A stretch of 64,000 nt of DNA from Octopus sinensis (Eukaryota), in the NCBI RefSeq assembly GCF_006345805.1, contig NC_043004.1, positions 49,104,001 through 49,168,000 on the forward strand. Direction: 5' to 3'. Below are positions 35,401 to 49,719 of this stretch, piece after piece (the stretch's first letter is position 1; the number at the start of each line of letters is the position of its first letter). The notes under the pieces were generated by a model, which did no database searches, was not told the DNA's origin, and was given only the letters and a program-made list of their open reading frames with translations. Made by a program: the position numbers and the translations under genes.

Positions 35401-38400
35401 GCATCGGGTATAGGAATCGTCATTAGTGTGTCGGATACAGGAAATCATTAGAGCATCGGGTATAGGAATCGTCATTAGTGTGTCGGATACAGGAATAATC
35501 ATTAGAGCATCGGGTATAGGAATCGTCATTAGTGTGTCGGATACAGGAATAATCATTAGAGCATCGGGTATAGGAATCGTCATTAGTGTGTCGGATACAG
35601 GAATAATCATTAGAGCATCGGGTATAGGAATCGTCATTAGCGCGTCGGATACAGGAATAATCATTAGTGCATCGGGTATAGGAATCGTCATTAGTGCGTC
35701 GGATACAGGAATAATCATTAGAACATCGGGTATAGGAATCGTCATTAGTGCGTCGGATACAGGAATAATCATTAGAGCATCGGGTATAGGAATCGTCATT
35801 AGTGTGTCGGATACAGGAATATTCATTAGAGCATCGGGTATAGGAATCGTCATTAGTGCGTCGGATACGGAATAATCATTAGAGCATCGGGTATAGGAAT
35901 CGTCATTAGTGCGTCGGATACAGGAATAATCATTAGAGCATCGGGTATAGGAATCGTCATTAGTGCGTCGGATACAGGAATAATCATTAGAGCATCGGGT
36001 ATAGGATCGTCATTAGTGCGTCGGATACAGGAATAATCATTAGAGCATCGGGTATAGGAATCGTCATTAGTGTGTCGGATACAGGAATAATCGTTAGGGC
36101 ATCGGGTATAGGAATCGTCATTAGTGCGTCGGATACAGGAATAATAATTAGAGCATCGGGTATAGGAATCGTCATTAGTGCGTCGGATACAGGAATAATC
36201 ATTAGAGCATCGGGTATAGGAATCGTCATTAGTGCGTCGGATACAGGAATAATCATTAGAGCATCGGGTATAGGAATCGTCATTAGTGCGTCGGATACAG
36301 GAATAATCATTAGAGCATCGGGTATAGGAATCGTCATTAGCGCGTCGGATACAGGAATAATCATTAGAGCATCGGGTATAGGAATCGTCATTAGTGTGTC
36401 GGATACAGGAATAATCATTAGAGCATCGGGTATAGGAATCGTCATTAGCGCGTCGGATACAGGAATAATCATTAGAGCATCGGGTATAGGAATCGTCATT
36501 AGCGCGTCGGATACAGGAATAATCATTAGAGCATCGGGTATAGGAATCGTCATTAGTGTGTCGGATACAGGAATAATCATTAGAGCATCGGGTATAGGAA
36601 TCGTCATTAGTGCGTCGGATACAGGAATAATCATTAGAGCATCGGGTATAGGAATCGTCATTAGCGCGTCGGATACAGGAATAATCATTAGAGCATCGGG
36701 TATAGGAATCGTCATTAGCGCGTCGGATACAGGAATAATCATTAGAGCATCGGGTATAGGAATCGTCATTAGTGCGTCGGATAGAGGAATAATCATTAGA
36801 GCATCGGGTATAGGAATCGTCATTAGTGTGTCGGATACAGGAATAATCATTAGAGCATCGGGTATAGGAATCGTCATTAGTGTGTCGGATACAGGAATAA
36901 TCATTAGAGCATCGGGTATAGGAATCGTCATTAGTGTGTCGGATACAGGAATAATCATTAGAGCATCGGGTATAGGAATCGTCATTAGTGTGTCGGATAC
37001 AGGAATAATCATTAGAGCATCGGGTATAGGAATCGTCATTAGCGCGTCGGATACAGGAATAATCATTAGTGCATCGGGTATAGGAATCGTCATTAGTGCG
37101 TCGGATACAGGAATAATCATTAGAACATCGGGTATAGGAATCGTCATTAGTGCGTCGGATACAGGAATAATCATTAGAGCATCGGGTATAGGAATCGTCA
37201 TTAGTGTGTCGGATACAGGAATAATCATTAGAGCATCGGGTATAGGAATCGTCATTAGTGCGTCGGATACGGAATAATCATTAGAGCATCGGGTATAGGA
37301 ATCGTCATTAGTGCGTCGGATACAGGAATAATCATTAGAGCATCGGGTATAGGAATCGTCATTAGTGCGTCGGATACAGGATAATCATTAGAGCATCGGG
37401 TATAGGAATCGTCATTAGTGCTCGGATACAGGAATAATCATTAGAGCATCGGGTATAGGAATCGTCATTAGTGTGTCGGATACAGGAATAATCGTTAGGG
37501 CTTCGGGTATAGGAATCGTCATTAGTGCGTCGGATACAGGAATAATAATTAGAGCATCGGGTATAGGAATCGTCATTAGTGCGTCGGATACAGGAATATC
37601 ATTAGAGCATCGGGTATAGGAATCGTCATTAGTGCGTCGGATACAGGAATAATCATTAGAGCATCGGGTATAGGAATCGTCATTAGTGCGTCGGATACAG
37701 GAATAATCATTAGAGCATCGGGTATAGGAATCGTCATTAGCGCGTCGGATACAGGAATAATCATTAGAGCATCGGGTATAGGAATCGTCATTAGTGTGTC
37801 GGATACAGGAATAATCATTAGAGCATCGGGTATAGGAATCGTCATTAGCGCGTCGGATACAGGAATAATCATTAGAGCATCGGGTATAGGAATCGTCATA
37901 GTGCGTCGGATACAGGGAAATATCATTAGAGCATCGGGTATAGGAATCGTCATTAGTGTATCGGATACAGGAATAATCATTAGAGCATCGGGTATAGGAA
38001 TCGTCATTAGCGCGTCGGATACAGGAATAATCATTAGAGCATCGGGTATAGGAATCGTCATTAGCGCGTCGGATACAGGAATAATCATTAGAGCATCGGG
38101 TATAGGAATCGTCATTAGCGCGTCGGATACAGGAATAATCATTAGAGCATCGGGTATAGGATTCGTCATTAGTGCGTCGGATAGAGGAATAATCATTAGA
38201 GCATCGGGTATAGGAATCGTCATTAGTGTGTCGGATACAGGAATAATCATTAGAGCATCGGGTATAGGAATCGTCATTAGTGTGTCGGATACAGGAATAA
38301 TCATTAGAGCATCGGGTATAGGAATCGTCATTAGTGCGTCGGATACAGGAATAATCATTAGAGCATCGGGTATAGGAATCGTCATTAGTGTGTCGGATAC

Positions 38401-39985
38401 AGGAAATAATCATTAGAGCATCGGGTATAGGAATCGTCATTAGTGTGTCGGATACAGGAATAATCATTAGAGCATCGGGTATAGGAATCGTCATTAGCGC
38501 GTCGGATACAGGAATAATCATTAGTGCATCGGGTATAGGAATCGTCATTAGTGCGTCGGATACAGGAATAATCATTAGAGCATCGGGTGTAGGAATCGTC
38601 ATTAGTGTGTCGGATACAGGAATAATCATTAGAGCATCGGGTATAGGAATCGTCATTAGTGCGTCGGATACGGAATAATCATTAGAGCATCGGGTATAGG
38701 AATCGTCATTAGTGCGTGTCGGATACAGGAATAATCATTAGAGCATCGGTATAGGAATCGTCATTAGTGCGTCGGATACAGGAATAATCATTAGAGCATC
38801 GGGTATAGGAATCGTCATTAGTGTGTCGGATACAGGAATAATCATTAGAGCATCGGGTATAGGAATCGTCATTAGTGTGTCGGATACAGGAATAATCGTT
38901 AGGGCATCGGGTATAGGAATCGTCATTAGTGCGTCGGATACAGGATAATAATTAGAGCATCGGGTATAGGAATCGTCATTAGTGCGTCGGATACAGGAAT
39001 AATCATTAGAGCATCGGGTATAGGAATCGTCATTAGTGCGTCGGATACAGGAATAATCATTAGAGCATCGGGTATAGGAATCGTCATTAGTGCGTCGGAT
39101 ACAGGAATAATCATTAGAGCATCGGGTATAGGAATCGTCATTAGCGCGTCGGATACAGAATAATCATTAGAGCATCGGGTATAGGAATCGTCATTAGTGT
39201 GTCGGATACAGGAATAATCATTAGAGCATCGGGTATAGGAATCGTCATTAGTGCGTCGGATACAGGAATAATCATTAGAGCATCGGGTATAGGAATCGTC
39301 ATTAGTGTGTCGGATACAGGAATAATCATTAGAGCATCGGGTATAGGAATCGTTATTAGTGTATCGGATACAGGAATAATCATTAGAGCATCGGGTATAG
39401 GAATCGTCATTAGTGCGTCGGATACAGGAATAATCATTAGAGCATCGGGTATAGGAATCGTCATTAGTGAGTCGGATACAGGAATAATCATTAGAGCATC
39501 GGGTATAGGAATCGTCATTAGCGCGTCGGATACAGGAATAATCATTAGAGCATCGGGTATAGGAATCGTTATTAGTGCATCGGATATAGGAATAATTATT
39601 AGAGCATCGGGTATAGGAATCGTCATTAGTGCGTCGGATACAGGAATAATCATTAGAGCATCGGGTATAGGAATCGTCATTAGTGCGTCGGATACAGGAA
39701 TAATCATTAGAGCATCGGGTATAGGAATCGTCATTAGCGTGTCGGATACAGGAATAATCATTAGAGCATCGGGTATAGGAATCGTCATTAGTGCGTCGGA
39801 TACAGGAATAATCATTAGAGCATCGGATATAGGAATCGTCGTTAGTGCGTCGGATACAGGAATAATCATTAGAGCATCGGGTATAGGAATCGTCATTAGT
39901 GCGTCGGATACAGGAATAATCATTAGAGCATCGGGTATAGGAATCGTCATTAGCGCGTCGGATACAGGAATAATCATTAGAGCAT
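29410..39985. repeat. Tandem array of a 54-bp unit (two 27-bp subunits), about 196 units
   Basis: Subunit A GGATACAGGAATAATCATTAGAGCATC and subunit B GGGTATAGGAATCGTCATTAGTGCGTC are 21/27 identical and alternate. No spacers. Confidence 0.98.
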
Positions 39986-40452
39986 GGAATAAATGCCTGT
40001 GCCACTTATCTGCTGTCTCTTTAAATCTCATAAAAATTATTGTCTGCCTTTCATCAATTTGAAATCGATAAAATAATGTATCCTTGATGTAAATTGAATT
40101 ATAATAGAAAACTAAGAAGATCCTGACGTTCTCTTAACCTGCTTTAGTGAAATCTAAACTGACCTGATCGAGACGTTTACAACGCAGACAACAACATAAT
40201 CTAACAATTGATGTCAAATTATGTCGTTGATGTTAAATCATCTAGTCGATGACGTTATTACCTTATCAAGAACATCTTAGACTAATCAAGGTCTCAATAA
40301 CTTATCTAATTACAATGGAGTTAATGACCTTAATCGATGACGTAACAGCCTCCATTTTAGGGTTTTAAACGGAATCGTTTTCTGGTACCATTATGTTCTA
40401 TGATGATATGTACTTTTCCCAGTACTTAAGCAGTGTGTTGGAGTTCGTTGTT

Positions 40453-40671
40453 TACGAGGAGGTGCTGAAAAGTTCTTGGCTTTATGGGTATCACGAATGG
40501 CCTGGCTGGAGGCTCAACCTTCCGAATTCTGTTATTGGGTTTAGTAAAATCGAAGGCCCGCAGCAAAGTGTCTGAATCTGAGAGGGGAAATAAGTTGAAT
40601 AAAAACGTAATTGATTGATCCTCCTGTATTTTCTTTCACCCAGAGTGAGTAATTTTTCGGCACCCTCTCGT
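40453..40671. mobile_element. Mariner-derived MITE / deletion derivative
   Basis: ACGAGGAGGTGCTGAAAAGT against the reverse complement of ATTTTTCGGCACCCTCTCGT (16/20 match). Confidence 0.65.
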
Positions 40672-41030
40672 TGCACCTAATGATCTTCAATCAAGCAGAC
40701 CTCTGAAAAAAAGGCGTTCCAGTCGTGGTTTATCCCATTCTTATTTCGGACATAGTGTATCTAGGATTATATTATTTGTTGTACCTGTGTACAGAATGTG
40801 ATTTGATTGAGAATATGCTGCTATTTGTTTGGATGGCGTGGTCACACAGAGTATCTGTCGTTGATACATATGAGGGAAGTGTTTCTTACAAATAACAAGA
40901 GAATCCTGTACAATGTTAGTGATAAAAATCACTGCGTTGAAAGAATATTTTTCATTCCTTATTTATTTTTATTACACCACTCCTCCTCAGGCTTCAAGCT
41001 GATACTTCTTTCTTCTGAAGAGATACATTA

Positions 41031-41229
41031 CTCTTTACTCGTTTACTCTTTTACTTGTTTCAGTCATTTGACTGTGGCCATGCTGGAGTACCGCCTTTAG
41101 TCGAGAAAATCGACCCCAGGACTTATTCTTTGTAAGCCTAGTACTTATTCTATCGGTTTCTTTTGCCGAACCGCTAAGTTACAAGAAGGTAAACACACCA
41201 GCATCGGTTGTCAAGCGATGTTGGGGGGA

Positions 41230-41279
<50 letters not shown>

Positions 41280-41460
41280 ATATAATATATATATATACGA
41301 CGGGCTTCTTTCAGTTTCCGTCTACCAAATCTACTCTCAAAGCTTTGGTCAGCCCGAGGCTATAGTAGAAGACACTTTCCCAAGGTGCCACGCAGTGGGA
41401 CAGAACCCGGAACCATGTGGTTGGTAAACAAGCTACTTACCATACAGCCACTCCTACGCC
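41031..41460 (-). mobile_element. SINE family A, full length
   Basis: Complete head, internal (TA)/(TG) tract and 3' domain. Confidence 0.9.
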
Positions 41461-42161
41461 TACGTTACACAACCACTCCTACGCCATTAATGCAGTTTCA
41501 ATTTCCTGGATAGAGCTTATTTCTTTTAATCATATTTAACACCTCTAATGGAGATCCATGAGTACCACAATAGACAATTTTTTCTCTCTCTAAAATATAC
41601 GAGCCTACATGGAAAAGAAGATTACTTACCAACGTTAAGCGCCAGACTAATCGCAGCATAAACATTTTAATCGTTGGTACTTCGACAACCAGTCAAGACG
41701 CAGATGTAGCTGGGTGATTAAGAAATTCGTTCCGCGATCATGTGGAAGCGGTTTCGATTCTGCTACGTACCACCATGGACTCGATGTTCCACTGCAGTTT
41801 CCATTTTTTTTTCTTATTGTTGCTGACCAATACCTACATCTGAGTAAAATTCATGAGAAAACAGAACCTGTCTTCTGATAGTCATTGATTTAGGAAATAA
41901 AGATACCCACTCTATACGATATCTCGTATAATAAATCGTTTTATATTTCTGTTCTAAACAGAACTATTACACACACACACAAAGTTGTATAACTTTATCT
42001 TCCTCCATTCTAAACAAAACTGTTCCACGAACGGGAACGGGAAACTCCGTAACAGTGTTTTGAAATATTTTTGTGATATTTTTTACTCTACCTCTGGTAT
42101 TCGAGTACTATTTTTTCCACCTTGTTTCGCATTTATGTGCTTACTCTGTTATAAATATATA

Positions 42162-42242
<81 letters not shown>

Positions 42243-42246
<4 letters not shown>

Positions 42247-42547
42247 CTTTGTTCCTTCTCGAGGCATGCTTGGCTCATAAGAGCCGGTTTCCTGGTTTCC
42301 TTGGCATATAGGTTAACCACCTGGACGGGACGTCGGTCTGTCGCAGGTGAGCTGCAAGATGCAGGAGGAAAGAATGAGAGAAAGTTGTGGCGAAAGAGTC
42401 AGCAGAAGTTCGCCATTACCTTCTGCCGGAGTCGCGTGGAGCTTAGGTGTTTTCGCTCATAAACACACACATCGCCCGGTCTGAGATTCGAACCCGCGTT
42501 TCTTCGACCACGAATCCGCTGCTCTAACCACTAGGCCATGTGCCTCC
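42243..42547 (-). mobile_element. SINE family C
   Basis: Reverse complement of the 28062 and 60807 copies. Confidence 0.9.
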
Positions 42548-42577
42548 CCCCCCCACACACACTTATATACACACACG

Positions 42578-42808
42578 TGAACTGGTAGAATCGTTAGCGC
42601 GCCGGGCGAAATGCTTAGCGGTATTTCGTCTGCCGCTACGTTCTGAGTTCAAATTCCGCCGAGGTCGACTTTGCCTTTCATCCTCTCTGGGTCGATAAAT
42701 AAAGTACTAGTTTCGCACTGGGTCGATGTAATCGACTTAATCCCTTTGTCTGTCCGTGTTTGTCCCCTCTTTGTTTAGCCACTTGAGGGTAGTAAAGAAA
42801 TATATATA
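42578..42808 (+). mobile_element. SINE family B
   Basis: Near-identical to the 60043 copy, slightly 5'-clipped. Confidence 0.9.
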
Positions 42809-43272
42809 TATATATACACATACATATACACATATGGAGAAAGAAGGAGAGAGGGAGAGAGAGAGAGAAAGGCAAAGATAGAAAGGGGTGGAAGGATGTT
42901 TATTATTCAAGAGTGATGGTAAATGAAAGTGACAAGGAAATCTTGATGTCGAATATTGAAACCAGAATGTAAATATGAATTGTTAACAAAATTAAGTAAA
43001 CCATACAGCAATGCATAAAATGTAGGGTATATAGGTGTCAGCTTCACTGCAGAAATAGTTCACTATTTACTTACTCTGTGTGTTTGTGTTGTGTCTGTGC
43101 ATGCGTGAGGTTGTGCTTGTGTTCGTGTTTCTTAACACATTTATTTTAAATTACCAAATGTTTTAGTAATGTTAGTTGTTATTAGTGAAAACAACGTTTT
43201 ATTTTAAATACCTCATAGGCACAGCATGAGTTTAGACGCATCTATTTTGTATGTGTGTATACGTGTGTGTGT

Positions 43273-43320
<48 letters not shown>

Positions 43321-43768
43321 CTGTGTGTGAATGTGTATGTGTTTGCCTTACAGAGTGATATGAGGCGTCTAAGTGTAGTAGTGCGTAATTGCTGGGGGTT
43401 GGGTGCACATTGCTGTTTCTCAAGTGCTCGGAACCCTCTTTGCTTACTGTTCGCCGCTGCTTGCTATAGCCTATGAGATGAACCAAGGAAGCAGCATAGT
43501 GCGTAAGTCTTCCCAGCCATTACACAGCCTCTCTGTCTGTCTGTCTGTCTGTCTCTCTCGTCGAAACTTCTGTCAAGCATCCCTGTTGTCATACACTGAG
43601 GCTGATTGCTATGCTGGCTCACTTTAAATTGTCAGAGGATCTCACAGGGTAGCAATGGACCCCAGGGATACATTGTAGAGATCTACCCCATGTAGATATG
43701 CTCTGGCACTTAACCACTGCTCTGTGTATAAACCCAAGAAGACAGAGTTTCAGAGGGCGAGGTATATC

Positions 43769-43921
43769 AAATTCCGCCGAGGCCGACTTTACCTTTCATC
43801 CTTTCGGGGGTCGATAAATTAAGTACCAGTTACGCACTGGGGTCGATGTAATCGACTTAATACCTATGTCTGTCCTTGTTTGTCCCCTCCATGTTTAGCC
43901 CCTTGTGGGTAATAAAGAAAT
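43769..43921 (+). mobile_element. 5'-truncated SINE family B with 9-bp TSD
   Basis: AGGTATATC occurs at 43760-43768 and 43922-43930. Confidence 0.85.
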
Positions 43922-44585
43922 AGGTATATCTTGAAAGAAAAAGAAAAAATAAATATGGTGGTCAGCTTTTAGAGCATTTCATACGCTCTGGCAGATGTAT
44001 GAGTCAATTCAAACTAGAATTCTGGCAGACCCCGCAGTTAAGAGGATGTGCCAATCATCTTGGAGATTTCTTGCCATTGGATCTATTTCATTCACAGGAA
44101 ATATAGTGATACTGAGAAATGCACACCCCAAACAACCATTATAAATACTCATTATGCGGTTATTTCCTTCAGTGAGGATTTGGGCTTTCCAAAGTATGAC
44201 AGTGATGGAGAGTCTGTTGATGGGAATGCATTAGTAACTTGTAGTTAAAATTTTACTTTTGAAAGTATAAAACAATAGTCGTTGAGAGCAAAGGCTGACG
44301 GGTAGCTGCACTTCGCCGACCATTGAGCCTACCTGCAGAGCCCTACCTGCAGAGCTCTACCTGCATTGACATCACCACTATGGCATCAGATTGACAGTGA
44401 CGAACAGCCAATCTGCTGCCTAATCTCACGGAGACACGGTTGGCATCAATGAACCTTCACTTTTCTTAGGAAGGTTCAGAACGACGATCTTCACCTATAA
44501 GTTAGTCTGTTTCTACTCTCATGTACTGGGGCGAAGCATGAGTCACATACAAACTATACACCTAGTCCAGGGGTACTCTCTCTTT

Positions 44586-44861
44586 TCTCTTTTACTCTTT
44601 TACTTGTTTCAGTCATTTGACTGCGGCCATGCTGGAGCACCGCCTTTAATCGAGCAACTCGACCCCGGGACTTATTCATTTGTAAGCCCAGTACTTATTC
44701 TATCGGTCTCTTTTGCCGAACCGCTAAGTGACGGGGACATAAACACACCAGCATCGGTTGTCAAGCAATGGTAGGGGGATAAACACAGATACACAACACA
44801 CACACACACACACACACACACCACACACACACACCACACACACCACACACACACACATATA

Positions 44862-44944
<83 letters not shown>

Positions 44945-45086
44945 TACGACGGGCTTCTTTCTAATCCACTCACAAGGCTTTGGTCGACCCGAGGCTATAG
45001 TAGAAGACACTTGCCCAAGGTGCCACGCAGTGGGACTGAACCCGGAACCATGTGGTTGGTAAACAAGCTACTTACCACACAGCCAC
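44586..45086 (-). mobile_element. SINE family A, near full length
   Basis: Same as the 41031 copy with a longer internal microsatellite. Confidence 0.9.
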
Positions 45087-45089
45087 TAT

Positions 45090-45414
45090 TTTTTTCTATG
45101 AACCCCTTTGATTACTATTTTATTTTAGTGGACCCTTCATAGCCATTTGATGTTTGAAAACTAGTTTTATAGAAACTCCTTTTAAAATGCCTATGTTGTT
45201 TTTCGCTTATTTCCTTGTATAAGTTGAATTATGCAAAATGTTTGAGAAAGAAACCTACCCGTTTCTTACAATACATTTTAAGGTCCCCAGAAAATATTTC
45301 AGGGGACCTTAAAATACTATTGTGGATCCCCAATTTACTATTTTGTTGTGAGAACCCCTCCAAAATCTTATTTATACCATCAGGGGCCATATGGATTCTG
45401 GTTGTGAACCTCTG
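45090..45414 (-). mobile_element. Possible hAT/Charlie-type MITE fragment
   Basis: Minus strand begins CAGAGGTTCACAACC, resembling Charlie-type CAGGGGTTCCCAACC termini. The other end was not found. Confidence 0.35.
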
Positions 45415-45714
45415 ATCTAGATTGACCTGAGAACCATTAACATCAGGTGTCTCTAATTGAAACTTCCGGTCTGTTGGAGGGATAGGATGACGCACACAAA
45501 ACTTTCCATCATACCAACACTCGTAATGTTCGTGTATTGCTGGTGTAGCTAATATAGATGTGCCAATGCCGTATTTTGAAGGGTAATTGAAGAAAGTATG
45601 TGATTAATTATTATTCTGATATTATAAGTAAGGAATCAATATGTTATTGGTTTTGAATAGTGAAGCTTGTGACCCATATGAAATTTGTTATAAATGATAC
45701 AAAGGAAAGAAAAA

Positions 45715-46020
<306 letters not shown>

Positions 46021-47159
46021 TGTAATTCAAGAACAGTAAATGAGCAAGAAAAATTAGGGTTGAGAAAAGAGAGATAAATCGAGAGATATGGATAATTGAT
46101 TAATAGACTGTTAAAAAGATTGATAGCATATGTAGATACATAGTTAGACAGATAGTTAGCCAGTCAGACGGATAGACAAACTGATAGATACATAAATAGA
46201 TAGATAACTGAAAAACTGCCAGTGGAACAATCCATTGAACTGAAAGGGTGGTCCGGCTATCATAATGAAAGAAATATATTTAAATAGATTTAACTGGGAT
46301 ATCCTAAAGCTTAATATGAAGACTTAAGTTTGCTGAGAGATCGATTTATTTCTTCATTACTATATCGATCTGTTTGTCTTGTCAACAATATCCGGCTTGA
46401 TTGATTGTTTCACCATATTTATATGTTATTTTGCTATCCCTGAGGGAAATCATGGACTATTGTGGTAAATGGCCAAAAGTAATGTAGTTGTTAGGGCTAT
46501 AACTATGACGGTTGGGTGTGGGGTGGGAGTCTGAAGTATAGGACTGTGTCTAGTTTCATGGGAGTTGACTCAGTGCCAGTGTCACGAGGTCACGAGGTCA
46601 CATTTGAAATGTTATCCCAGAGAGATATGAAAGCGATGAAGGAAAGTCTCTTTACTAGTTTGGTGAAATGTTCTACTGAATGAGGTGGGAGAATAAAGAA
46701 ACACACGGAAAACGGAAATGGTTCTCGGAAGTGTTGAGAAATATTTGATCTTCATTTCAGCATGAAACCATTTCTTTTTCCATTTTATTTCATAGGTATT
46801 TCCAGTCAATACAAATTCTAGATTTCCCGAATTTCTCAGTTTACAATATTGTATATCGTCTTGCTAAATCTAACCTTCCGCCAAAACACTTTACTATTAT
46901 TTATTAGTGAGAGATGTGATAGCAACGAACTCACAAAATCGTTACCGCGCCGGACAAACCACTTAGCGCCATTTCTTCTGACTTTACGCCTTGAATTCAA
47001 ATACGGTCGCGATTGACTTTTATCTTTTCGGAGTCGATAAAATAAGTACCAGTTGAGTACTGGGGTCGATGTAATAGACTTACTCACTTCCACGAAATCG
47101 CTGGCCTTCAACCAAAATTTGAAACCAATATTTCCTCCAGCTTTGCGTTCTGAGTTCTG

Positions 47160-47455
47160 ATACCGACGAAGGTTTCTGTTCAGTGGATGCTACGTCTTCT
47201 GACACCTGATCAAAAGTGCACCAGGCTGATCGCATCACGGGAAAATATGACATTGTTTGAAGCAGATCTGGTTGGTTTCCTAGAACCTTTCCTAAGACAG
47301 GATGAATGTTGGGTTCAAGATGAGCCAGAGACAAAGAGACTATCCATGCAGTGGAAACACCTTTCCTCACCAGCTCCGAAGATGGCCAAGGTTGTTTCAT
47401 CTGCATGGAAGCTGATGGCATCAGTTTTCTGGGATGCAAAAGGCAGTGTGTCTTA
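47160..47455 (+). pseudogene. Mariner transposase fragment (first catalytic D region)
   Basis: RLLTPDQK.TRL..SRENMTLFEAD..GFLE.FL.QDECWV..EPETKR.SMQWKH.SSPAPK.AKVVSSA.K.MASVFWDAKG. Confidence 0.85.
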
Positions 47456-47643
47456 AGGCAGGTCACATCATGAATGGGCTTTTCCATGAGTAACCTTTAA
47501 AGCGCCTCCTCCTATTGGGAGTTTTATTTGTTACCTCTTTTTTGTTATTTAATGTTTAAACGAACGTGAAAACCCTTTGTGCCGTCTTGCGTTGTATTTT
47601 ATGTATAATTTATATTAGCCCTTGTGGCCAATAAAAGAATAAA

Positions 47644-48950
47644 TTATTATTATTACTTATTGTCTTCGCACAGCTTCTAACGCTGGAGATGTACTACGGT
47701 GCCATCTGTGCACTACCAGCGAACTAAGGTAACACCCCTTATTTTTCGAGCACCATCCGGAGTTTTCGAGCAATTCCAAGTAGTGCTATTTTCTGCAAGT
47801 GCTCCTCCCTTATTGCAGCCCCTGTTTGTTCTATGTACTTCTCAAGACTTTTACTCACTGTTCCCAGGGCTCCGACAATTATTGGTACTACTACCACCTT
47901 TTTAAGCGACCACAACTGCTTAACCTCCCAAGCTAACCTGTTATATCTATCAACTTTTCTTTCTTCCTTATCGCATACCTTGTTGTCAGCTGGGCATGCT
48001 ATATCTATGATCCCGCATAGTTTGCTTTCTTTCTCATTTAACACTATGTCTGGCTTCCTGTTCTGTACCTCATGGTCATACTTACTCATAAAATCCCATA
48101 GGACCTTTGCATTATCATTTTCGATGATGCCTTCGGGTTTATGTTCGTACTACTTTTTTGCTCTGTTAAGTCTATACTTATTGTAAAGTGTCTAATGGAT
48201 AATCCTTGTTATAGTATCATGACGTCTCTTATATTCTTCCTGGACTTGTAACGTATTTGATGTAACTGGTTCTTAGTGCTTGCTCTTGGGGAGCACAGAT
48301 TAGAGCCACCGTTTCCGGTTTTAAATCACTTTTAGTCATCCATAGCCATATTTTTTCTCTGTCTATCTTATCTTCAAAATCCCTATGAAATTGTCCATAA
48401 CATTTTCTTTATCTACCTATTTCAGTTTCATTCATTTTCAAGTGCTTGTACAGTGCTTTATCTTCGCAATCTTCCATTCTACACAAGCCTGACCATCTTA
48501 CTTCCAATAACAGTGGTTCTGAGGCATTTTTTGCATACCATGCTAAGTTGTTTTCTGCTCTAATACTGTGTTCGCATCCAATCAGTCCTCTTCCCCCTCG
48601 TTCTCTTGGTACATACAGTCTGTCTGTGTCACTTTTTGGGTGGAGTATCCCATATCTAGTTAGCAACTTCCTTGTCTTTCTGTCTGAGCTGTTTAGTTCG
48701 TCTACTGCTCATGCGATTACCCCTGCTCCATATCTAAGGAGAGACACCGCCCAGGTGTTGATAGCTTCATTCTTATTCCGTCCGTTTAATTTCGACTCTG
48801 TCTCAGTCTACGCAAGTACTCCACCTGAAAGTTTTCTGTCGTTTCTTTCTCCATCAATTTATCCATTTTCAAAATCCCCAAGTACTTATAGCCCGTCTCG
48901 TCTATCTGCTTTATAACCTCCCCCGACACTATTGCTAGCCCCTCCATACA
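47644..48950 (-). mobile_element. 5'-truncated R4/Dong-clade non-LTR retrotransposon with (TAA)n tail
   Basis: GYKYLGIL; LHPKSDTDRLYVPRERGGRGL; KPDIVL..K...IIDIACP; VPIIVGALGTV. (TAA)n tail at 47644-47656 on the minus strand. Confidence 0.9.
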
Positions 48951-49088
48951 TTTGATTCTGCTTCGGCCAGTTGAAGAAGGGCAATATTCTTCGACAGCTG
49001 TGTGATGACTGTACTGAGTAATCTTTTCTTTTCGTTTGTTGCTTTATTTTGTTAAAAAGGTGAGTAAATGTTAAGTAATGTTGCGAAT

Positions 49089-49152
<64 letters not shown>

Positions 49153-49195
49153 TATATATAATATATATATATATATAAATAAATATATATATATA

Positions 49196-49424
49196 TATTT
49201 CTTTACTACCACAAGGGGCTAAACATAGAGGGGACAAACAAGGACAGACAAAGGGAGTAAGTCGATTACATCGACCCCAGTGCGAAACTGGTACTTTATT
49301 TATCGACCCCGAAAGGATGAAAGGTAAAGTCAACCTCGGCGGAATTTGAACCCAGAACGTAACGACAGACGAAAACCGCAAAGCATTTCGCCCGGCGCGT
49401 TAACGTTTCTGCCAGCTCGCCGCC
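49196..49424 (-). mobile_element. SINE family B, full length, inside a (TA)n tract
   Basis: Reverse complement of the 60043 copy. Confidence 0.9.
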
Positions 49425-49445
49425 CTGTATACATACATGATATAT

Positions 49446-49524
<79 letters not shown>

Positions 49525-49557
49525 TATATATATATATTATATATATATAATATATAT

Positions 49558-49645
<88 letters not shown>

Positions 49646-49719
49646 TATATCTATCTATTATATATATATATATATATAATACATACACACACACACCACA
49701 CATATATATATATATATAT

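Noticed and set aside
29410-39985. CRISPR-like array
   Set aside because: Contiguous alternating 27-bp subunits with no unique spacers, eukaryotic context and no cas genes.
44325-44365. Three copies of a 14-bp unit (CTACCTGCAGAGC.)
   Set aside because: Simple local slippage duplication with no supporting context.
48971-49001. TTGAAGAAGGG...TTCGACAGCTGT hammerhead-like string
   Set aside because: GAAA is reduced to GA and there is no stem I; too decayed to call.
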